Assembly (NCBI GenBank): GCA_035289645.1 | Contig: DATDWL010000002.1 | Span: 759-64,758 of the forward strand | Source: Candidatus Peribacterales bacterium | GTDB lineage: Bacteria > Patescibacteriota > Gracilibacteria > Peribacterales > Peribacteraceae | Length of the DNA stretch: 64,000 nucleotides | Reading direction: 5' to 3' | In this document: positions 52,080-60,333 of the stretch, one piece after another | How positions within the stretch are numbered: the stretch's first letter is position 1 | Layout: each line of letters starts with the position of its first letter | Made by a program: the position numbers and the translations under genes | The notes under the pieces: generated by a model | Databases searched by the model: none | Seen by the model: the letters and a program-made list of their open reading frames with translations, nothing else | Told to the model about the DNA's origin: nothing

Positions 52080-52868
52080 ATGCGCATCATTTCCCTTTCC
52101 CCTGCCGTCACCGAAATCCTCTTTGCACTGAAGAAGCAAAACCTCATCGTTGCGCGCGATCAATTCAGTAATTTTCCAGAAGAAACAAAAGACATTCCAA
52201 AAATTCAGGGACATCAAACAATTGATCTCGGTGAACTCAAAATCTATCAACCCGATCTCATCTTCACTTCCACAATCATCCAGAAGCGACTTGCGGAGGA
52301 AATTCGTGCAGCCGGATTCCAGTGCATTCACCAAGATCCTCGATCGCTCAATGCCATCTATCAATCGATCCAAGAGATCGGAACGCTTCTCGATTGCGAG
52401 GCCGATGCGTGCGCACTTTGCGAAAAGATGAGGCAGGGGATGAACGAGGTAAAAAAGCGTGCACAGAATCTTCCGCGAAGGCCAAGGCTTTACATCGAAG
52501 AATGGCCTGCTTTAGAGAATAAGTCGGGCGGGCATGATCTGCCGTATGCCTCAGGTAACTGGGTTCCGGAAGTTGCACGAGTTGCGGGAGGGGAACAATT
52601 CCCGATTCCCGTTGGGGCATTAAGTCCCAAGGTAACTCTCGAGCAAATTCAACAGTGGAATCCCGAATTCGTCATTCTTTCGATCTGCGGAGCAGGAGCA
52701 CTTGCAGATCCATCACTCATCACAAAGCGACCGAGGTGGGAGTCGCTTGAAGCGATACAGAAGGGGAGAATAAAAGTAATCGATGATTCACTCCTCAATC
52801 GACCGGGGCCGCGTCTCGTAGAAGGAGCGCAGAGGCTGTATGCGTGGATCTTCGAGATGTTGCATTAG
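52080..52868 (+). CDS. Cobalamin/siderophore-type periplasmic-binding-protein fold (BtuF-like), no signal peptide
   Basis: MRIISLSPAVTEILFAL...DLIF... is the class III substrate-binding-protein pattern. Start set at ATG 52080, 7 nt after TACAGT. Confidence 0.7.
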   Translation: MRIISLSPAVTEILFALKKQNLIVARDQFSNFPEETKDIPKIQGHQTIDLGELKIYQPDLIFTSTIIQKRLAEEIRAAGFQCIHQDPRSLNAIYQSIQEIGTLLDCEADACALCEKMRQGMNEVKKRAQNLPRRPRLYIEEWPALENKSGGHDLPYASGNWVPEVARVAGGEQFPIPVGALSPKVTLEQIQQWNPEFVILSICGAGALADPSLITKRPRWESLEAIQKGRIKVIDDSLLNRPGPRLVEGAQRLYAWIFEMLH

Positions 52869-53239
52869 GAGAGGGTATCGTGCCCGTACATATGGCGCGA
52901 TAGTTCAAAACGTCGGCGCTCAATTTCTCTCGAAAGATTTGCGATGGGGCAGGGTCTATTCCGTGAAACCCTTTGATATGGTTCCTTCACTGCGCACGCA
53001 ACGCCGTAGGCCATATTAAATCCGCTTGCGAGGAGAAGCGTGTCAATTTCTGATTGAGTACAACCATTTGCAGTTGCAAGTGTGATCACTTGCCAGCAGC
53101 GCTTTGATCTCTGAATGAGCAATTCTTCCGCAAGTGTACCGCGTGGTTCTATCTGAATAGCGAGATCGAGGTTGTACAGGATTTGAGTCTGTGCAGATTC
53201 CGGCAACCTATCAATAACCGAAAGCGGCGAATGGTACAT
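52865..53239 (-). CDS. Hypothetical protein
   Basis: 124-aa ORF, no family recognised. Confidence 0.45.
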   Translation of the reverse strand: MYHSPLSVIDRLPESAQTQILYNLDLAIQIEPRGTLAEELLIQRSKRCWQVITLATANGCTQSEIDTLLLASGFNMAYGVACAVKEPYQRVSRNRPCPIANLSREIERRRFELSRHMYGHDTLS

Positions 53240-53263
53240 GTTCCAAAGTATAGACCCGGTTGT

Positions 53264-54190
53264 CTAGTTATACATTTCCGTGACGCTCTCGCCCTTCATA
53301 ATGTTTCCAATGACTCTCGCGAGCATCGGAGCAATGCTTAAGACTGTGAGGCTTGGGAAGATTTTTCCTTCCAGCGGAAGAGAATCGGAGACCACGACTT
53401 CTTTGAATGTGGCATCCGTCAGCTTCTTCACCGCAGATCCCGAGAAAATCGCATGGGTGGCAACCACGTAGACATCCTTATTTACGCCGTTTTGGATCAA
53501 TGCTTCCTTCGCGGCGCAGATCGATCCCGCTGTGTCGATCATGTCGTCGTAGATGATGGCGGTTTTCCCATTGATCTCTCCTACAACGTGCAGAATTGAC
53601 GCTTCGTTATGCCGTGGACGCGTCTTATGCATTACGGCGAGATCTGCGCCGACACTATCGGCAAAGATCTTTGCTGCCTTTGTTCCACCTGCATCTGGCG
53701 ATACGACGACGAGATCCTTTAAATTCTTCTTTGTAAAATACTCTGCAAACAGTTTGTGCGATTTAAGCGCATCCATCGGCACATCCGAAAATCCTTGGAT
53801 CTGATCGGTGTGGAGTGCAAGTGTGATGACGTGATTTGCACCCGCTGTGACTAAAAGATCACAGATGAGTTTTGCAGAGATCGGTTCGCGGGGTTTACTC
53901 ACTCTATCCTGCCGTGCGTAGGGGAAGTGAGGAATCACGAGGTGGATTGATTTTGCAAAACCGAGCTTAGCCGCTTGGCACATGAGGCAAAGCTCGATGA
54001 TGTCGCTATCTGTTACCTCCGATCCTGTTTGAATAATAAAGACGTCTTGTCCCCGGACAGACTCCTCGTACCTCACATACTGTTCCCCGCAGGAAAAGGT
54101 CTGGAGCTCCACTTTTCCAAGCTCCATTCCAAGCTCCTTTGCGATTGCTTCAGCCAGCGTACGGTGGGAGGAACCCGAGAAGAGCTTCAT
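53264..54190 (-). CDS. prs: Ribose-phosphate pyrophosphokinase
   Basis: PYARQDRVSKPREPISAKL and VVSPDAGGTKAAKIFA. Start set at ATG 54190. Confidence 0.92.
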   Translation of the reverse strand: MKLFSGSSHRTLAEAIAKELGMELGKVELQTFSCGEQYVRYEESVRGQDVFIIQTGSEVTDSDIIELCLMCQAAKLGFAKSIHLVIPHFPYARQDRVSKPREPISAKLICDLLVTAGANHVITLALHTDQIQGFSDVPMDALKSHKLFAEYFTKKNLKDLVVVSPDAGGTKAAKIFADSVGADLAVMHKTRPRHNEASILHVVGEINGKTAIIYDDMIDTAGSICAAKEALIQNGVNKDVYVVATHAIFSGSAVKKLTDATFKEVVVSDSLPLEGKIFPSLTVLSIAPMLARVIGNIMKGESVTEMYN

Positions 54191-54197
54191 TACCCCT

Positions 54198-54206
54198 ATT
54201 CTACCA
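54198..54206 (-). promoter_or_regulatory. Extended -10 TGgTAGAAT, 7 nt upstream of the prs ATG
   Basis: The minus strand reads ctaTGgTAGAATaggggtaATG. Confidence 0.5.
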
Positions 54207-54236
54207 TAGAATAGATTCTTTGACATTCATGCTAGC

Positions 54237-54629
54237 ATGGCTTCTATGGTTGATGGCAGAGAACACCTTCGGGAGGCACTTGATGAACTGACGGAGATTG
54301 TGGATATTGCGATAGAGAAAGTAAGAGGTGGTGAAGAGCTCACTTTGATCGAATTACGGGCGCTTGAGAGGGAATCTGCTGAGAGAGGAGGAGGATTTTG
54401 CGGTAATAATCCGGAGCACATACAGCAGTTGCGTGCACTTCTCATCGCACAACAAGTGACGCGCACGCGCACTAGTTTTGCGCAAAACGTAGTTGATGAT
54501 GCTTTGGATGGAAATTCGACTAGATTAGGAGCAAGGAGCCAAAGTTTCCGTACGCGGAAAAATCCGTATTCAAATCAATTTATGCCAAAGTCTCCCGACC
54601 GTCGGTGGAACCAGATCAGGAGAGGATGA
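54237..54629 (+). CDS. Hypothetical protein
   Basis: 130-aa ORF, no family recognised. Confidence 0.4.
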   Translation: MASMVDGREHLREALDELTEIVDIAIEKVRGGEELTLIELRALERESAERGGGFCGNNPEHIQQLRALLIAQQVTRTRTSFAQNVVDDALDGNSTRLGARSQSFRTRKNPYSNQFMPKSPDRRWNQIRRG

Positions 54630-54896
54630 TCAGTTGCCCTGCTGCGAGGGCAATTTTGCGTACTCCTCCCGCGTGAAGAGGAGAAAAATGATCGGAAGAA
54701 TACCCATGGAATTGATGAGTAAGAGCGAAACAAACCAGGATTTCTTCCCCAACCGTGCAGCGCGCCACATGCCCCAACCTTTGAGTACCGTATCGAAGAT
54801 GACGAAGAGAAAAATTCCTCCCATGAGCGCGCTCATGTTGTAGGCTCCCATCACAAAATCGGAGTTTTCGCCGAGGATTTGGAACGCATCCATCAC
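54630..54896 (-). CDS. DUF5652-like small membrane protein
   Basis: LKGWGMWRAARLGKKSWFVSLLLINSMGILPIIFLLF resembles this family. Confidence 0.6.
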   Translation of the reverse strand: MMDAFQILGENSDFVMGAYNMSALMGGIFLFVIFDTVLKGWGMWRAARLGKKSWFVSLLLINSMGILPIIFLLFTREEYAKLPSQQGN

Positions 54897-54961
54897 GACG
54901 AATGAATTCTATCATATGTTCTCTTCGAGCGATCTGCTTCGTATCTGGCTCGAAGAGAATG

Positions 54962-55612
54962 CTATATCAACTTTTTCCGCACCTCGACGAATGGCTTTGG
55001 GAGTGGAGCCTCGACCACGAGGTGTACTCCCGTGATTGGGTGGACGCATTCGACTCGCGCAGCATGGAGGAAGAATCGGCGGAACTTGAGCTCCCTCGTA
55101 AAGAGGCGATTGAATTTTCGATCCCCATATTCCTCATCCAAGAGCAGGGGATGTTTGATTGCTGCAAAATGCCTGCGGATCTGATGATGGCGGCCGGATT
55201 CGATTTCCGCTTCCACATCCGTTGCATGCGTAAATCGTTGGACGACGCGGTATTTTGTAACCGCCGGTATTTTCTCCGGGGATCCGCGAGAGGGGAGTGG
55301 AACGGCGATCTCTCCGGCGTCCGAATGTATTTTCCCGAGCACGAGTGCACGGTAGATCTTCTTCCATCCCACGAATTTCGCGCCGATCACTTTTTCGTAC
55401 GCCTCTTTACTTTTTGCGAAGACCACCACACCCGATGTTTCGAAATCGAGGCGATGAATCGGACGCAATCCGGGATATTCCTTCTTTAGAAAATCGAGAA
55501 GGGGGAGTTTTTCCGTTTTGCCGCTGCCCTTTACCACCAGTTCCCCGGCGAGTTTATTGATGGCAAGAAGGTGAATATCCTCGTAGAGGATTCGGTCGCG
55601 GGAGATCGGCAT
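54962..55612 (-). CDS. RluA-family pseudouridine synthase
   Basis: Catalytic motif HRLDFETSGVVVFAKS plus HQIRRHFA. Confidence 0.88.
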   Translation of the reverse strand: MPISRDRILYEDIHLLAINKLAGELVVKGSGKTEKLPLLDFLKKEYPGLRPIHRLDFETSGVVVFAKSKEAYEKVIGAKFVGWKKIYRALVLGKIHSDAGEIAVPLPSRGSPEKIPAVTKYRVVQRFTHATDVEAEIESGRHHQIRRHFAAIKHPLLLDEEYGDRKFNRLFTRELKFRRFFLHAARVECVHPITGVHLVVEAPLPKPFVEVRKKLI

Positions 55613-55633
55613 GGGAGAGAGGATACCTGCAGT

Positions 55634-56659
55634 TTAACCTTTTCCTCCCAAAGCGCGCGCATCATTCGCCATTTTTTCTGCAGTCTGCCGTACTTGGTCG
55701 ATAATGGTGCCGATATCAGGATTAATCTGCTGTGCCTCCTGTGCAAGGCTCCATGCGGCTTTAGCGGCGGTGACGGTGGCATCAAAGTTCTGTTCAAGAC
55801 CGGCGAGGTAACCAAGAACCAGTTGCTGGAACGCCTGCGAAATCTTTACGGCTCCGCGCGTTACCGGCGAATCCGATCGTTGCATGTGGGCGCCTCGTGC
55901 CGCAAGAATGCTGCGAGTGGCGGCGCGGCTTGCAGCCGCTGAATCATTCCTCCCCAGTGCATCCAGAATGCGCGTAATTTCCGATTCGGCTTCGGAGAGG
56001 AGCGCCTGAGTTCTGCGCTCTTCTTGGAACATGAGGAACCGGTGCATAATGAGCGCGACATCGCCGCGAGAAAGTTCTACGCCGGGAGAGAGGTTCTCCT
56101 CTTCGTTTACCTGCGTCAGCGAATAAGCGATTGCCGTTCTCATGTGGGAGTAGTACCACTCACCCCGATCCTGAACGTCGGCGGAAAGAGGATCCTGTAT
56201 TTCTCCAAATGTTGCGCTGGAATCCACGCCGTTTGCAACGAGGAGCATTTTCACAAATTCCGCCTTCAGGACGGGGCGGCTTCCTTCGAATGCGGTGCGC
56301 TTGGGTGGGCCGTCGATAAATTTAAATGCATTTACTGCAGCGGCGAGGAACGGCACATACCATGCATCCTGCGGCACATCGGTAAAGCCGATGGCAGTTT
56401 TTTTTAATTCCTCGAATGCGTCTGCGGAGATGCGTGGAGCGGCGATGATCTTCACAGCTTCTGCGCGGTTCACTTTGCGGCTTGGCTGGAACGTGCCATC
56501 GTCATATCCTCCAATAATCCCCTGTGACTTCAAATACTCTACTGCTTCGTATGCCGGGTGATCTGGGGCAACATCCGAAAATGATCGTTCCGTTTGAGCG
56601 TGTGCAGCAGTGGAAACGAGAAGCAGCGCAGCGACTCCAAGTGTTGTGATGTTTTTCAT
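55634..56659 (-). CDS. Secreted SLH-domain protein
   Basis: Signal peptide ending AHA, then SLH repeats (FSDVAPDHPAYEAVEYLKSQGII..., FTDVPQDAWYVPFLAAAV...). Confidence 0.8.
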   Translation of the reverse strand: MKNITTLGVAALLLVSTAAHAQTERSFSDVAPDHPAYEAVEYLKSQGIIGGYDDGTFQPSRKVNRAEAVKIIAAPRISADAFEELKKTAIGFTDVPQDAWYVPFLAAAVNAFKFIDGPPKRTAFEGSRPVLKAEFVKMLLVANGVDSSATFGEIQDPLSADVQDRGEWYYSHMRTAIAYSLTQVNEEENLSPGVELSRGDVALIMHRFLMFQEERRTQALLSEAESEITRILDALGRNDSAAASRAATRSILAARGAHMQRSDSPVTRGAVKISQAFQQLVLGYLAGLEQNFDATVTAAKAAWSLAQEAQQINPDIGTIIDQVRQTAEKMANDARALGGKG

Positions 56660-56665
56660 GCGAAT

Positions 56666-56692
56666 AGCATAGCAAAAGAATCATATAGTCAA
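56666..56692 (-). promoter_or_regulatory. Promoter TTGACT-N15-TGcTATGCT, 6 nt upstream of ATG 56659
   Basis: The minus strand reads ttgact-atatgattcttttgc-tatgct-attcgc-ATG. Confidence 0.4.
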
Positions 56693-56949
56693 CAACATCT
56701 GCATGAGGTGCTCATGGATCAAAGGTGCTTTGTCAGTATGTGTATGTACGAATGATTACTCAAGATTGCATCATGAATGCAGATACAGAGAATCATATTG
56801 TCTACAGAGCGTGCTCATGCGCAGACATAGTCGCAGATGAAAGTGATAAAACCATATTTTCCTCTCTATAGAGCCAAATAATGGTGACCAGCTTTCGTAA
56901 GACGTACAAGGTGAAGGATCAAGAAGATGCAGACAGGAAGTTGCATTAT

Positions 56950-56958
56950 TGGTATAAT
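56950..56958 (+). promoter_or_regulatory. Extended -10 TGGTATAAT upstream of ORF 57001
   Basis: attTGgTATAATgtag. The GTG start at 57001 lies 42 nt downstream. Confidence 0.45.
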
Positions 56959-57000
56959 GTAGTACAGAGATCTCAAATACACATCAATTCACACTAACAC

Positions 57001-60000
57001 GTGTCAGAAATACACAAAGACAATCAACGCGCACTTCGTGCAACGCTTGCGGATATCGAGCAGTTGCTCCGTGATGCAGCGGCGCTCAATCTTGGTTCCG
57101 AAGCGCAGGAACGCCTCCGCTGGTTTGCCCATGCAATGGGAAGCGGAGGAAATGTACGCAAAACATGCGAACATTTTAATATTTCACCGTCGACGTTTAC
57201 GCGGTGGGCTCTTCGGTTTGATCCTGCGGATCCTACTTCACTCGAAGAGCGATCGCGTCGTCCACGCCGCACGCGCACATCAACTGTGGCGCCGGAGATC
57301 ATCGAGCATATTCGCGTGCTTCGCACAGAGGATCCCCACATGAGCCGCGAATGTATCCGTGAACGATTAATCGCGGAGAAGAGCGTAACACTCTCTGCTG
57401 CCTGCATAGGGCGCGTGATCAGGCGCCATAAATTTTTCTTTGCGGAGACACCGGCTCATTGGCTCAAGCGCACAGGGAATGATGTTGTGCACGTGTCGGA
57501 ACAGAAGATCGTCGATCATGTCGTGGAGCAATGTATCTGCCGGGTGCAGGATGAGTTAACGTCGTGGGCAGCGACGCTCGAGCAGGAACGATCCTCATTA
57601 CTCAATGCAAAACTCAATGAAGAACAAGGGAGGGGCAACGGTTCATCGTCTTTAGCGCTCATCGTGCTCTTTGCATCGATCGCCACGATCGGCATTTTCG
57701 GCGGGAGTGAGCATGCGTATGCGCTCGAGGGGAGTTCGTACCGTCTGTACGAGGATTTTGGTGCAGAAGCGACTGGTGGACCGCTCACAGGAACGGATCA
57801 CCAGATGGAAGCGGGCCGCGAAACGAATACTAGTATGCCGCTCGCCGGCACAAGTTTTCAGATAACGAGCACGTCGCCTACGGGAAGTTCATCCTCCTCT
57901 TCATCTTCCATCAGCTCTTCAAGCAGCAGCAGCGAAAGTGGCGGAGGAGGAGGCGGCGATAGATCAGATAGGTCGAGAAGAGCGGTGCCAAGAGTTCGAA
58001 ATTCTTCTTCTGCTCGTCGTGCAGATAAGGGGAGACCTACGCGAAAGCCAAGAGTAACCCCTCCGCGAACGAAGAATGCTGCACCCGCGGCGCAGGAGAT
58101 CGCTCCGCCGAATATTTTCCGTTTCCAACCATCTCCGGTTTCCTTTTTCCTCTCCATGAATACGATGGAGCGACCGCCGTTTGACCGAATGGATCCTGTG
58201 AATCTTTTGGTGCAGGGTGCGTCTCGAGGATTGGTGGAGGGAAAAGTGCCGGGTTTGCTTAAGGATTCCAATGGCATTTCGACATTGGCGATTCTCATTA
58301 TCGGAGCGCTCGGTGGATTCATGTTCCCGTACCGCAAGCATAAAATCATTCTCTCCTCCGGGATGCCGATTGTGCGTCTGGAATACGGTCCGCAGACGAC
58401 GCGTCGCCGCCGCTTCCATCAATCGATACGGTTTGGTCTCGGTATTTTTATTCCGTTCATCGGTGTAACAAGCCGTAAAAATCATGCATGCCGCACGCCG
58501 TTCCATATTAATCCAATCTATGGACGTGGCAGGAGCTTGCCATCCTATGCAAAGAGGGGAGTGCGCCTGGATGTGATTGTTATTGCGGCACTTGCCGGTT
58601 TGTTCCTTTTCATTGGGGGGACAAAAGCATTTGCGGCAACAACCACGCCACTCACTCATACGTACCATGGGCACCTGCTCGACAGCTCCGGTGATGCGGT
58701 GACATCGGCGGTGACGATTCGCTATAGTTATTGGAAGAGCGCGGATTTTGGCGCAAGCGATTTGACTGCTACCGGTTCGATCAATACATCTGCAACGAAT
58801 TATGCAAGTTGGAAGGAGGAGCACACCGTCACGCCGAATAGCGACGGATTCTTCTCTGTGGAACTTGGGAGTACGACGGCATTGCCAGCGATGAATGGCC
58901 TTCCCCTCAGTACAATTCTCAGTCTCTATTTGCAGGTGGATGTAAAAGCTTCCAGTGCTGCGGATTCCACATACGATTTGCTGGATGCCAATGCGAGTGA
59001 TGCGACGAAAGACCGTTCACCCGTCCTTTCTGTACCGTTTTCGCTGAATGCAGATATGCTGGATCAGCGGGATACGGGTACAGCGAGCGGATCGATTCCT
59101 GTGCTGAAGACCGGTGGAGTTCTCCCTGTGAGCGTTATTCCAAGCGGGACAACGCAGAGCGGATTTACGCTGGATACGAATAATGCCGCAACCGGTGATA
59201 TCACGCTCCAGTTCGGACAGTCGCTCGGCAAAAAACTCATCTACGATCAAAGCAATACGTGGTTTAATTTTAACGATGACCTCCGCGTGCAGGGAGATTT
59301 GACTGTGACCGGCCTCATTAACGGTGTCACGGTCTCCGCGCTGCAGAGCGCGACCGGCGCACTTAAAGTTGCAAGCGGCGGAGGACTGTCCATCACCGTG
59401 GATGCTGGAAGCTACCGTTTGCGGGGAGTCGTAACGAATTTTGCAGGACAGAGCGGGGTGGCCGTTACGGCATCTGCAACAAATTACGTCTTCTTCGGAT
59501 CCGGAGGACTTACGGTTCGTACAGCGACATTCCCAAGCGACGAGAGCTATATCCCTCTTGCCGAAGTCACAACGAACGGAGTCTCTGTGACGAGTGTTGC
59601 GGATCGCCGTGCGCTTTCGAGCGATGATCGAGAGCAGACTGTTGTCCGTACCTATCATGCAGGGTTCGAGGGTGCCTCGTACCAAGGGGATGCTTCGGAT
59701 AACGTGGGGCAACTCTTCGTTGATCACGATAACACGAGTGATCGCAACTACTACCGGTGGACGAGCTCGCTCGCAAGTTTGCAGGATTACGATCTTATCT
59801 TGCGCGTGACTCTTCCTGCCGACTTTGTACGCTGGAAGGATAATCCGCTTAAGCTGACCTACCGCTCGACTTCGGCTGATGCAAGTGACAGCCAATTGGA
59901 TGTGTCGGTATTCGATACGAACGGTACGCCCGTATCGCTTTCCGGTTCCAGCCTCTCTTCCGGTCTTAATCTTGTTGGTACCTCGTGGGCGACGGAGCAG

Positions 60001-60135
60001 ATCGAGTGGTCCGGTGCTCCCACATGGACTGCGGGACAGGATTTCCTCATCTCACTGAAGATGCAGGCCAAAAACGATAAGCAAATACACATCGGCGATC
60101 TCTTCCTTCAGTACACAGAACTTCCTTCCGAATAA
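57001..60135 (+). CDS. 1044-aa ORF: transposase-type HTH N-terminus, TM segments, low-complexity linker, large beta-rich surface domain
   Basis: Residues about 40-150 look like the IS481/IS630-type HTH region (NISPSTFTRWALRF...LEERSRRPRRT...IEHIRVLR...IGRVIRRH) with no DDE core. A signal-peptide-like segment (VIVIAALAGLFLFIGGTKAFA-A) precedes the C-terminal domain. The C-terminus is homologous to that of ORF 60334-62154. Confidence 0.55.
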   Translation: MSEIHKDNQRALRATLADIEQLLRDAAALNLGSEAQERLRWFAHAMGSGGNVRKTCEHFNISPSTFTRWALRFDPADPTSLEERSRRPRRTRTSTVAPEIIEHIRVLRTEDPHMSRECIRERLIAEKSVTLSAACIGRVIRRHKFFFAETPAHWLKRTGNDVVHVSEQKIVDHVVEQCICRVQDELTSWAATLEQERSSLLNAKLNEEQGRGNGSSSLALIVLFASIATIGIFGGSEHAYALEGSSYRLYEDFGAEATGGPLTGTDHQMEAGRETNTSMPLAGTSFQITSTSPTGSSSSSSSSISSSSSSSESGGGGGGDRSDRSRRAVPRVRNSSSARRADKGRPTRKPRVTPPRTKNAAPAAQEIAPPNIFRFQPSPVSFFLSMNTMERPPFDRMDPVNLLVQGASRGLVEGKVPGLLKDSNGISTLAILIIGALGGFMFPYRKHKIILSSGMPIVRLEYGPQTTRRRRFHQSIRFGLGIFIPFIGVTSRKNHACRTPFHINPIYGRGRSLPSYAKRGVRLDVIVIAALAGLFLFIGGTKAFAATTTPLTHTYHGHLLDSSGDAVTSAVTIRYSYWKSADFGASDLTATGSINTSATNYASWKEEHTVTPNSDGFFSVELGSTTALPAMNGLPLSTILSLYLQVDVKASSAADSTYDLLDANASDATKDRSPVLSVPFSLNADMLDQRDTGTASGSIPVLKTGGVLPVSVIPSGTTQSGFTLDTNNAATGDITLQFGQSLGKKLIYDQSNTWFNFNDDLRVQGDLTVTGLINGVTVSALQSATGALKVASGGGLSITVDAGSYRLRGVVTNFAGQSGVAVTASATNYVFFGSGGLTVRTATFPSDESYIPLAEVTTNGVSVTSVADRRALSSDDREQTVVRTYHAGFEGASYQGDASDNVGQLFVDHDNTSDRNYYRWTSSLASLQDYDLILRVTLPADFVRWKDNPLKLTYRSTSADASDSQLDVSVFDTNGTPVSLSGSSLSSGLNLVGTSWATEQIEWSGAPTWTAGQDFLISLKMQAKNDKQIHIGDLFLQYTELPSE

Positions 60136-60305
60136 ATTTCTCCCCTCATTCCCCTTCCTTATATGTTCACTCTTCATTTCCACCACAAGGCCAGAATCGC
60201 GATTCATAGGGCAATTGCGACTTTGTTTGATCGTATGAATCGGTTTCTCCGAGTTATGCGTATTCAAATCAATGGTTTCTCCTATTCGCAAAAATGGAGA
60301 AACTG

Positions 60306-60314
60306 TGGTACAAT
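60306..60314 (+). promoter_or_regulatory. Extended -10 TGgTACAAT upstream of the surface protein gene
   Basis: aacTGtggTACAATactcgg. The ATG at 60334 lies 19 nt downstream. Confidence 0.4.
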
Positions 60315-60333
60315 ACTCGGATTTCATACACAC

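Noticed and set aside
56700-56950. Short hairpins (catgag-gtg-ctcatg at about 56702-56716; tgcat-catga-atgca at about 56768-56782) in the 340-bp divergent intergenic region, considered as an ncRNA or operator array.
   Set aside because: The stems are only 5-6 bp, with no repeat periodicity or conservation evidence available. The region is most simply the promoter space for the two divergent envelope genes.
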